Assembly: GCA_036172245.1 (NCBI GenBank)
Contig: JAYWIR010000047.1
Location: forward strand, 310,001-374,000
From: Raillietiella orientalis
Lineage: Eukaryota
DNA: 64,000 nucleotides
Direction: 5' to 3'
A program made the position numbers and the translations under genes. This document shows, in pieces, positions 50,186-60,900 of this stretch (the first letter of the stretch is position 1; every line of letters starts with the position of its first letter). The notes beneath the pieces are model-generated. The model saw nothing but the letters and a program-made list of their open reading frames with translations. It had not been told where the DNA came from and searched no databases.

Positions 50186-50495
50186 GGCCCACGATGGTGG
50201 TCGTGTGGCTGCGGGGTCTCCGCACATGGCACCGACCGTCGCGGGTTCGAATCCCGCCTGGGGAAGGGTCGATGCCGAGAAATGGAGGGTGCGTTGTGGG
50301 TTCCTGGTCACCCCATCGCCCCTCAGGATGACGTTGGTTGGCCTACGGGCTTCGGGTGAGGCACTGTTGAAAGCCGGAAACCCCTGGGCGTCCCCGTCGA
50401 CTGACCGGGACTGGAAGCTGGTCCTCCAGGGTCCTTCCAGGAACTAAGGAGCGCCAGTTTCTTCTCTGGTTTCCCCTCCGGTTGCGAAAAAGGAG
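50186..50495 (+). mobile_element. tRNA-headed SINE family copy (best-preserved head)
   Basis: A-box-like TGGTCGTGTGG, TGGCACCGACCGTCGC and B-box GGGTTCGAATCCC at ~50243. Body CCTCAGGATGACGTTGGTTGGCCTACGGGCTTCGGGTG...GGTCCTTCCAGGAACTAAGGA, then linker TTTCCCCTCCGGTTGCGA. Confidence 0.8.
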
Positions 50496-50639
50496 AAAGG
50501 GAGCCGCGTACTATGCAGCATGCCGACACCCCCGTAGGGGGCTGCTTCTCCAGAATGCAAGAAGCGCGCCGATCGCTCGGGGGAGCACCCTTCCGAATGG
50601 TTCCGCTGCATGTTCCTGACCGCTGACCATTCCGGATGC

Positions 50640-51537
50640 TGATGTACCGAGTGCACCGTCCGACCGCACACGCCCCAGCTTCAGGAGGTGAACGGAGCGC
50701 GTCCGCTGCTTAAGTGGGCGTTTGGTTCCCTCGCTGCGTGCCATCCCGCACGTCGCAGTCGGGAAAGGGAAACGGGATCCAGTATGCAGAGGATACGGAT
50801 CTCCATCTCGAAGTTCATCAAGTCTTTCCTGTCGCTGGTGTCTGCGGCCTCTCGCAGCCAGTCGTCGGCATTCCCGACTTTTTTCTCTCTTCTTTTTTTT
50901 TCTTTTTCATCCTTGCAGCAGCTGGTTCGAACCCCGCGAACAGCAGCCGAGGAGCCGGAAGAGACGCGAGGAAGGCTACTCGCTTCTTTCGCGATCGGAA
51001 GCTGCCGCCGTCGTCAAGGAAAGAAGGAAAGAAACGGACTGGAGGGAGGGTAGTTTCGCAGGTCTCTTCGGCGCGCATCGAACCTCCCTCGGTCCCCTCG
51101 GACCCCTCTTCGTTCGAGACGCTCTCCCACCCGCGGCCTCTCTAGCAGCCCTGTGCTGCCTACGCGGGATCGTCTCTGCATGGAGCAACGCGACGGGAGG
51201 ACCCAGCGCTAGGGATGCCAACCAATACGCCGTCCGCTTCTTGATGATGGCGACGCGATGGCCCCATCTGGAATCCAGTATACAGGAAAAGCTTGCCGGC
51301 ATCCTCCAGAGGATGTGACGGACCCTCCCAGCAGACTGTGATCCTTTCCCGCTCCCTCCCCAGTTTTTTTTATTTATTTTTCATTCTTGTTTTTCTTTTT
51401 GTTTATATCCCTCTTCTGCCGAGGTGGACCGCACCGGTCTGCGAACCAGTGACCCGGCAGGCTTGTATCATCTAGCGCGTGGCTGGACCACCGGCCAGCC
51501 AAAGATTCTGTAAAATGTTTTATTCGCGAGAATAAAC
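50640..51537 (+). mobile_element. L1/Tx1-like LINE 3' part (YADD region, ORF2 end, 3' UTR with AATAAA)
   Basis: IQYAEDTDLHL at ~50780 (cf. QYADDT.L.L). The ORF2 end is homologous to the 46.5-47.1 kb element, followed by a T-rich UTR, a stem-loop at 51480-51501 and AATAAA at 51531. Confidence 0.75.
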
Positions 51538-51599
51538 GCTCCGGCGCGCCGGGTGAGAATCTCGGCGGCCGCTGGGGACGCGCCCTCAGGTCGTCCAGC

Positions 51600-52150
51600 G
51601 CGAGCTCCCAGCCGCGGAAAGGTCTCTCGCAGCCCTCCTCGGGGGCGCCTCGGACGCGCGCGGAAGTCTGCCGGACTCTCTTCGGGTGGCTCTCCAGGAG
51701 AGGGGGCACCCTCGATTGCCGATGACCTTGGGCGGATGTATCGGACGATCGATAGCGAGGTCGCGCGCCTGGGGTTTCTCCTGGGCTGCGTGAAAAGCGT
51801 CCGAGGTGTCGACGCCATTTCCGCCCTTCAGCCACTCCGCTGCCGCCCGTCTGCGGTCCCAGTCTGAACGGAAGCCGAGTTTGCTCGCAACGCGAGAGCC
51901 AAGCTGGACCGGATGCTGCCCTGCAACGGTATCTGCGGCGACCGTTGCCCGGCGCAGAGGAAGGAGCGCGTCTCGAGATTCAGGAAGAGCACAGGAGTGG
52001 AGGTACGTCGCCGGGGACCCTTCGAGGCAGCGCCTTCGGAAGTCCCCCCCCCGCGGTACCCTGAGAACCGACCCGGATCTCCGTGTGCGCATGAGGAGCC
52101 TCGACGCGGGACGTGCGCGAACACCGATGCGTGGCCAAGCAGGAAGCTCG
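51600..52150 (-). mobile_element. RTE-like RT fragment
   Basis: Minus strand SKLGFRSDW (cf. Q.GFR..R) and GVDTSDAFHAA (cf. FVD..KAFD.V). Confidence 0.5.
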
Positions 52151-52479
52151 AAGAAAAGTTCTCTGCTCGTGGCGGCCACCCTGCCCATCCACTCTCGCCT
52201 TCTGAAAGAAAAAAAAAAAAAAGGGGGAAGCGAAACCGAGCTGCCCTGCCCCCCTCCCTCCCTCCCAAAAGGCAGATTCCTAAAGGGGGAAAGAAAATAG
52301 AAGGGTCAGGAAACCCTGCGGATGCTCTTTCCTCATCCGCGCTTCGCCTTTCGCCCACGCATCGAGGTGGACCCTCGGTCAGTCCTAAGCCCAACGACTC
52401 GGGTCGGATTCGTTCGGCTCCCTGCAAAACTCGCGGCTTTCTGATTTGCCAGCTTTCCCTTGCTGAATCTTTCATGCCA

Positions 52480-52960
52480 GACAATCAATAAACAATTGTT
52501 TTTGTGTCTATTCTTCTAAATGATTGCCAATAGTTTCTAATTAGAACCGGAAGCCCGTGGAACACGAACCCCCCCATATAAATCCAATTAATTGTTATTG
52601 AATTTCTATCCGGCTCCGCGCTCCGAATCATTGCCTACTATTTAATGCTCCGTCTGGATGATTAACTCGGCAAGCTCGGACACACCTCATGCATTATTGA
52701 CCCTCGCATGAATAGGTAATGGGGCTTCCAGGCTTTACTGCCATGTGGAGCACCAAACGCGCATCGCTTTCATTAGGAAGGAGTTGAGGACGCCGAGAAC
52801 TCTTCGGCCTTTTAACATAATATCACAGGCGGAAGTCACACGGTTGCATTATTTAGCGCGCGCCTGCCGGGCAATCCCAATCAATATCCGGCGAGATGAG
52901 CGCTGTGCACACACATAAACACGGAATCCTGCGGGAGAACATGGCCATAAATCCTGGCTC
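52480..52960. promoter_or_regulatory. AT-rich homeodomain-site-dense block, candidate enhancer/CNE
   Basis: ACAATCAATAAACAATTG, TAAATGATTG, CTAATTAG, CAATTAATTG, TTTAATG, TGATTAA, CATTATT, TTTCATTAG and GGCCATAAA within ~480 bp, with no TE motifs. Confidence 0.45.
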
Positions 52961-53619
52961 CCGCGAAACCGGAGCCCGGGAGGCCTGCCATGTCCGAACG
53001 CAATGAAGCCGGGCCGCAGGGGCGGGGGAGGAGGACGAAATGCGGAAGCGCCGCGTGGGGGTGGTGTAATCTGGACCGGCGTCGGGGAACCTGCCGTCCC
53101 GCGAGCCATCCGCGGCCCGCTGCCACGAAGAGGTCGCCACCTGCCGCGGTCAGGGGCGACCGGTATCGTAGGATGGGAGAGAAGCCTTCGCCACGGAAGA
53201 GAGCCTTATCTTGACACGTGGAGGAGAGGAGCCGAAGGGACAGCAGTGATTATCCTCGAGCGATCCCAAACTCCAGACACTCCCGCGCGCGCCAAAATGC
53301 CCTGATTTTTTTTTTTTTTTTTTTTTCGGAGGAGGGGGGGGGGGACTGTACAGTACAAATTTGTAATCGGCATTGGTGATTTTTTTTTTTTGGGGGGGGG
53401 GGGGAAGGGGCACGCGCATTAACCGTACTTTACTGGAAACGTCACGTAGCAACGAAAACGATTCCAATCAATAAAGTGTGCGTGCACGTGAACGTGTATG
53501 TATAGATACCTGCCGGCAAACAGTTGCAAATAAATAAATAGATGTACAGATGGTTGAATTTATGCTTGAGGCGGCTATTCGTTCTGTTTATTTCGGGTTT
53601 TCACAGATTTTATTTGGAT

Positions 53620-53800
53620 GATCCGTCCAGAAGATCATGATAGCAGATATCCTTGAAGTATCCGATTATTTATGGCCTGACAACAAGCGATGATCCTACG
53701 TGTTGGCGCATCAGCTCGGAAGGATTCACATGTGGCAGATGCTGGATACTGCGTACTTATGATGCGTTGCGACTCGGGACTTTCGCCGCGCAACAACCCT
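53620..53800 (-). mobile_element. Possible Crypton-like tyrosine-recombinase C-terminal remnant
   Basis: Minus strand THHKYAVSSICHM...LLSGHK (cf. TNHS.RKTSI..L......AQLSGHKN..SL..Y), with in-frame stops. Confidence 0.35.
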
Positions 53801-55544
53801 CAGGAATTTTCCTGCACACAGAATGCCCCCGCCAGGTGAGGGGCGTTTTTCTCGCCACCTCGGAGAATATTCTGGAAGAGGAGCCACAGAAAGAGCTGAG
53901 CTGCTTTTTGGCTGACGAGAGTGACGTAGGGGACGGAAGGTGGCATCCTGGCGCGCTGGCGCCGTTGATGCCCCACGGCGTGCGTTAACCGGCCACAAAG
54001 AAATTGCACCCACCTCCGACGCGGGCTACAGGCAGCCTCTCCCTTGTCCTAAACTCAGAGGGAAGCGCGAGCAAATCTTCTGCGACACTGCCATTTCGTA
54101 GGAAGAGATTCCTCCCGGCGAGAAGGCTACAGAGGAAGGCGAAACAGCTGCAGGCATGGAGCGTTCGTCTTGCTGCAGAGAAATCGCGAGCTTTCTCCCT
54201 CTCCTCCAATGCTGGAGTGCGAGCACGACACCCTCTCCCCCCAGCCCCCTCCCACCCACCCACCCACCCACACACACACACACACACACGGAGCCAGCGT
54301 GTTTCCAGCGACGCGTGAGTCGTTGCGTGGTGCGCAATCCGACGCGAAGTACGGCCCGGAGGACACCAATGGGACGCGGGCGCGCGATCTCCCGCGTCGG
54401 CGAAGCGCGCGTCGAGATGTGTCGCAAGTGCGCGCGCGAGGGGCCAGCTTGGGAATCCGCGGGATGAGCGGCTAGTAGGAAGTCAAACCGCTCTGCTGCA
54501 GCCTCCCCTCCCTCCCTCCCTTTCCCCGGGTTTCCTTGGCACCGGCGCGCCTCCGCCGGCGACTTGCCGTGGGGTTAGGGACCGCAGAAGAAACAGCCGG
54601 AGGAAACAAGAGACTGTGCCTTCCCGTCGGGGAACCAAGGGAACTGTACTGCGGGAAGAACGGAGTGCCTGCTCTCCACGCATGGGAAAGCGCGTTGCCA
54701 CGCAACGGAGCTCTCGTCCCACCTCCGAGTGCATTTTTTCCCCCCTACTGCAGATTCAATGCGTTCTCCTCCTCCTACCTTACCGCGATGGCGATTGAGC
54801 TCCTTCCCGCTGCGCCAGCGTCGTTAAAAGAGAGATCAAGCGAGCAGAAAGATTTTTACGAGCGCGGAGCGATTCCCTCCTACCTTCCGGGGCAGATGAG
54901 CCCCACGATGATGATTCAACGGCGCAGTTGGGCCGAAGGGCGCTCCCGAACTACCGGAGGGAGAGGCGTCCGTGGAAACGGAAGCCGCGTCTCGCCGAAA
55001 ACCATCCGCCGCTTGTCGCTTCCGCAGACCTGCAGGAGCAGGACCCGGTTTTCCCTAAAACTACCGCTTCTCTGAAGGATCCAGGAGAGGAAAGGCGCGC
55101 ACCTGAAGTACGCCACCCTAGCCCGCACGCACACACGCGCAGCAGTGGTTGGGCCTCTGGGTCCAGCCTCGCCGGCCCGGGCTGCGTCGATCTCGCCGCA
55201 GCAGCCGGGGCAGAGACCCTTCGGCGGCCCTCCAGAAAAGGGGCCTGTCTTCCCCCTGTGCTTCCGGACTCCTCGGCCCGCTACTCAGCTCAGGGTTCCA
55301 GGCGGGACCGTCTTCCTTCTCCTCCCCTCCTCCACCATCTCCCGGGGAGCGAGATGTGCTTCCCTACCACCGTCCTTCCTCATGTTGAAGGAGGCGCCGC
55401 CGCCGCCGGCCACCTCCCTCCCTCTCTGCCCGCCCGCCGCCGCCGCCGCTCCCGTGTGGGCTCCCGGCGCTTTCGTGCAGCATCCGCGGGCGGGCCGTGA
55501 CGAGACAGTTGCTGCTCCCGGCTTGTTTGTTCCCGGCGACTGTT

Positions 55545-55800
55545 TTCTTAATCAAAATCTTTGATTTGCGCCCACGCGCGCGCGGGTGCGTGTATGCGAT
55601 GCGTGCGTGTGTGCGCGCGCAAATTTGAATTATAAAGCGCCCAGCAAGCCATTAGGAAAGTTTCTCCCTTCGTGTTGATCATCAGGCGCGAGATGCTTGA
55701 GCGCGTTGCTAAGCACCCCCATCAATTTTCCCAACTGCACCCGCGAGGCGTATCTGTGCGAGAGCGAGCGTTCCGTGAGAGGCCGGCGAAATCCGCGGGA
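55545..55800. promoter_or_regulatory. Candidate regulatory island (alternating purine-pyrimidine tract plus TAAT-type sites)
   Basis: TTAATCAAAATCTTTGATT, then a (CG/TG)n tract at 55573-55620, then GAATTATAAA, CCATTAG and CATCAATT. A (CT)n tract lies at ~55970. Confidence 0.3.
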
Positions 55801-55963
55801 TTTTTTCCTTCGTCTCCTGCGATGATGCTGCCACCTGGTGCAGTCTCGAGGGCTCGGCGCGGACGGGGTGGCGGGAGGGGGCAGCAGCACCGCCGCCGCC
55901 GCGCTTCCTTTCCTCCCTCCCCCCTTCCCCTCCACACGCGCACGCGCAGGCACGCGCATCCCA

Positions 55964-55996
<33 letters not shown>

Positions 55997-57184
55997 CACT
56001 CCTGACCCCTTTCCCGCCTTCGCCCTCCGGAGGAGGATGGCGCAGGCGAGGGCGCGGTTTCTCCTCGGCGCTTGGGCGCAGGGACGACCCCCTTCCGAGC
56101 TCCGGAACGTCCCGCCCCGGGCGCCACTGTTGCCGGAGCGACGGGGCGGCGGCACGTCATCCGGTTGGATGGCATAGGATTCCCTCTTGGGAGCAGGGAG
56201 GTGCCATGGGACTCTCGGGAAGATCCAGCGTCCCGTCAGCAGGATCGCCATTAGAGGATACCCAAACTCTGATCCCTCCTGGAGGCCCCTGGGGTGGGGT
56301 GGGGGAGTCTTTGGACGGGCTGGCCCGCTCGCCCTCACCTGGATGCTCGCGACCCACGGCTTCCAGACCTCCAGCGGGGCCGGGAAGCGCATCGCCATAG
56401 CGTCAGCCGTCAACAGGTTGACCTTCTCCCTTCCCCGGACAAGCTCCCGCTCTCCAGGCCCACCCCAGCAAGTTCTCGTGTCCCGAGACCTCCCCACGTA
56501 CCTCTGCCCGCGTTTACCCCTTCCCTGAGCACTGCCCCGCTCTTCGCGCCTCAGACGCCGTGCGGCAAAGGTGATGCTGAGTTCTCACAGGAAACCATGC
56601 ATCCAGGTTGGTGGAGACATCCCCGGGTCCCGCTCTCCTCCGTCCGAATCCTCTGGGTGGAGTTGACGAAGGCGGGGCGGCGACGTGGCTGCCCCTGGTG
56701 CGTCCACGGGATTCCCGGACGCACCGAACGAGAGCGTTCCTCCCTTCGGGGCAGCAGAGGGCCTCGCGGGCCGACCGCCGGGAAGGGCAGGAGAGCGTGC
56801 AGGGGGGCATCCTCGTTCGACAGACCCGCAGGAGAGCTGTCCTGAGGGGTTCTGCAGGGTGCTGCTGCTGCGCGTGCCACCTCCGCCACCACCCGCGCGC
56901 GTGGAGCCTCTCGAGGGTCCAAGGGAGCGCCCTCGCATTCCCTTGGGCGGGCGCGTCCCCGGGAATTCTCTCCCGTCCGAGAGCGCGCACTCTTCCCTCC
57001 CTCTCCCTCCCTCCCCCTCCACGAATCCCTCCGGATGACGACGACGAGCGCGTTCGGGAGTCAGCTCAGAGGGCTCCGGTGCCACTCGAGAAAGCGGCAG
57101 GTGGTCCCCGGGCGCGCGTCACCGGTCGTTGTCAAGGAGACGACGGAAGCGGCGAACGGCGTCACCAGCGCAGAGCCCTCTTCT

Positions 57185-57600
57185 AAAAATAAACACAGTA
57201 AACACGAGGACGCGTGCGCACACACACGCGTGGTGCATAAATACATAAATAAATAAATAAATATACAAGCGAGTGAATGAGCAGGCAAGTGAGTGAGTAA
57301 ATAGAGAAATCTGCAAAAGAATGAATGAATGAACCAGTAAATAAGCGAGAGGCTAAATAAGAAGGCAAGTTAGTGAATTAGAAGGTGGTTCCACGATAAA
57401 ATACGTAAGGCCAATAAATAAGAAAATTAAATAGTACTGAGGCAAACTGGAAAGAAAAGAAAGCAAGTAGCAAAGCAAATAAATATGCAAGTAGGCGGCT
57501 GAACAGAATGGATGAGAAAATAAATCGCGTGGGTGGGGGGAGGAATAAATAAATAAAAATAAATAAACATAGGTCAGCAAGCAAACCGAGTTGATGGACG
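57185..57600. repeat. Degenerate (TAAA/TGAA)n tetranucleotide low-complexity tract
   Basis: ataaatacataaataaataaataaat...gaatgaatgaatgaa...aataaataaataaaaataaataaac. Confidence 0.85.
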
Positions 57601-57949
57601 AAGGAGCGAAACGATAGGCGAGGAAAAGAAATGGAGAGGGGGGGATCGGAAAGGAAGGCGACTGCCGCCTGGGAGGGCGACGTCAAGATGGCGCACCTCG
57701 GTCCTCGGCGAGGGCGGGGCGGAGGTTCCTTTTCCTCTCCAAGCGACGGAATCTCTTCCCTGCGTCCCGGTCAGAGCCCGACGTCATCCCCGAAAAGGGC
57801 GGGAACGTCTCCGCGCCCGCTCCGCCCGCACTCTCCCTCCGTCTCCGCAACTTCCCCGCCCCTCCGAGCCGAAAGAGTGCTATCGCCGCTGGGTCCTCGT
57901 CTTTCTGAGGGGAGGGGGAGAACCCCGAGAAGAAAAGGGGAGGGATGAG

Positions 57950-60900
57950 GGTGCTCTCGGGGTACGAGGAGGACTCCTGGGACCGCTTGCTGGGGAAGGA
58001 TCGAGAGGGGCGCCACCAGCCCGGCTCTTGCGGATTTTTCGGCAACTTCCGTGAAGGGGAGAGGGGGCGTGCTGCAAAGGGCGCGGAGGGATGGCGCTTA
58101 TAGCGTGAGGTGCTCCAGTGCAAAGACGGCACAAGGTTGGCGCAGGCGGTTCCCACGGGGAGGTTGTCGGGAGTCAGGATCGAGCAAAGCGGCTTAGGGG
58201 ACCGAAACGACGACGAACAGGTGAAGGGAAGGTGCCCCAGGAGACTGGGACCGGGATGCGAGGGACGAGCAGCTCCGCCGGGTGACAGTGCCTCTCCACC
58301 CGGTCTATCCGAGGAACGCCACTCCGCTTGGCGGACATCCCGCGGCGAGCAGCCTCCGCTCGAGGCGCATCATCCCGGATCGCGCTCTCCGTTTTCCTTC
58401 CTTCCCGTGACATCCGGAGAAGCAACAGCGCCTCTTAACCTTCCCCGCTTTCCCCGAGAGGGGAGACAGAAGGAGAGGGGAGGCTTCCCCTACCGCTCCA
58501 GGCACCCCTCCTTGGAAGCGCGCGGCCCTCCACGCCGCCGCTGCGTGTCGACTCGCCTCCGCACGGAGGGCGCGCTACGCCGCGATCGGCGGCGCGAAAT
58601 TCCGCGTTCCCCGTAAGGAAACGCTCGCGGAACTTTCTCCGGAGGACCGGGATGCTGCCGATGAGGAAGACTTTCTCTTCCTCCTCGTTTTCCCGGGAGA
58701 GGTCACCTCCGGGTGGAGCGCTGCTTGTCGCCTCGCTCCTTCCATCCCCCCATCCCCTTTTCCCCTTTCGGCGACGAGGGCCTCCGCGCTCGAGAGCGGT
58801 GGCTGCGGCGGCATTCCTGCTCTTTCATCCACTCCCCCGAAAGGGAAGGATCCTGAGCGCGTGCAAAGTCTGGACGTGTCCGCGGGAGCTTGCTGACTCC
58901 ATCCAGGGTCAGGAGAAGGTGCCTCCGGGCGGCGCGTCTGGTTCCCTGCCGCTCCGGGACGTCCCCCACGGTAGAGGAGGGTGCGCTTCCCCTGTTCCTT
59001 CCGAGCAGCGCTTCTGGCGAGCTTCCGGGACGCCGCTTCGCCCGTGGCGGTGCGAAGGGAGGAAGGTCGGTGGGATAAAGGGGGGAGGGGGGGAGGCGAA
59101 GAAGAAGAAGAAGAATGGAGGAATCTCGAAGGAAAGTCGCGTGCGTTTCTGGCATCGCAGGTTTCCTTTCCCAGCTCACCGCCGCGCTCGGGCGGATGCG
59201 CGCAACACCTGCGGGCGCGTCTGATGTGACCCGCGTCTGACGGGAGCGTTTCCCAGGCGGGCGCCCGCCGCCGCCGCCACCGCAGGAGCTGCGGTTGTTT
59301 TCCACCCTGCCGGCGGCACTTCCAGAGGAACGCCGGCGAAGCGTCGTCAGGTGTTCTCCGGCGGGGGAGGGAAGGGGGGGCGAGGGATGCAAATTTTGTA
59401 GACGCGGTTCACCCCACCCCCTCCTCTGGGAGCTACTCCGCCAGGTCGGCAGCAACGACGCGAGGACTGAGCAATCTAGAGCTCACCTCACGGACCGCAA
59501 GGGAGCTCACGCCGGACGCCCGGGAATCCCCCTCTCCTGTTCTGCGCGCTACCGACCTCATGGGAACACTCCCTTCACCCCTTTGCCATCGCCCGCCCAC
59601 CGCTTTCCCGCACCTCTTCTCCTCCCTCCCTGAAGGGGAGACCGGAGCCACCGAGTCCGTGAGAACACGCGCGGAAACTTTCCCGGAACTCCGAGAGGTG
59701 GCTGGGACGCCCGCGTCCCGGATGCAGTACAGCCGCCTACAGAGGAAATCCTTGAAGCGGTGGGCAGCCCCGCTAGGCAGCTATCTCGCGTGGCACTTCC
59801 GCCTGAGTCTCCTTGGGCCAGGCAGAGTTCGCGGCCTTGGAAGAGGTTGGCGCGCTCTCTTCGGAGGAGAACCCCGCAGCGTCCGAGGTCTTTCCCCCCA
59901 TCGTTGCTCCCCGAGGTCGTCGCGTCTCGGCGGTCCCGTGGGCTTAGTTGTCCGCCCACTCGTGGGCTTCCCCGTCCGCTGCCTCGTGCCTGCTCCCAGA
60001 CGTGGGCCGCGGGATCGCCGCGCGCATCCTCCCGAGTATCTTGGAAGGAACTCCCGCAGGCTCTGACCGAATTCTCGAGTGGCCGCCAGAGAATGGATGG
60101 CCCGGCACCCTTGAGAAGGAGACGCGGGACAGAAGTCGCCTTCGATGACCTCGCTTTTCCCCCCTCGAGCTCTTCCTCCCTGGTTGTGTGCTTCGGGGAT
60201 TGCACGGTTTCTGCGGCTCTGTACGGTACGGTACGGCACGGCGTTGCTTGAGCATCTCCGTCATCTCGACGCCCGCGTTGCTCTGGACGACGAGTCCGCT
60301 CAGGACTCTGCTGAGGGAAAAAAGGGTCCTGAAGGGTGGATACCCCGTATGCCGCAGAGAGTCTCTCCCGAAGAGAGCTCGCCGAACTCTTCCGGAGAGG
60401 GCGAACTCTGCCTGTCCCGAGGGGACTCAGACGGAGGCGCCACGCGCGAGAGGGTAGTGAGAGCCGTCTAGCGGGCTACCGGCTCTCTCGGGGAATCCCC
60501 CCAGAGATCGCCCCGAGGTCGCGTCAAGGAGACCTCATCGACCTCCCGTCCCGCGCATGGGGTCAGAAGAGGTCACTAGCAAAGGCGGCATGCAGACGTC
60601 CTCTTGCGCCCCCTTCCCGAAAACAAGAGGAGGATGCGACGTTATGCCTCCCTGGACGGCCGTCTCCCTCCAGTCGCCGGGGGACCACAGCCGCGCTAAG
60701 GGCAGGGAAGGCGCCGGATATGAAGCCACCTGCAGGAAGAGCACGTGAAGAGCGAGGGGCTCGCGCTTTCGACGGTTTCCATGCGAAGGGAGAGGGGCAC
60801 ACGGATGGGGCCTCCTCGGCCAAGAGGAGAAGGAAGATCGTTCCGTGACCTCTTCCGGGTGGGCAGGAGACCGACAGTGGCGCGGCCGCTCCGCCGTCCC

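Noticed and set aside
50186..50260. GGTTCGAATCC hits (also ~15986, 18368, 22494, 27200) as tRNA genes
   Set aside because: No complete cloverleaf or T-run terminator. Four continue into a shared SINE body; the 15986 hit may be another SINE but has no second copy here.
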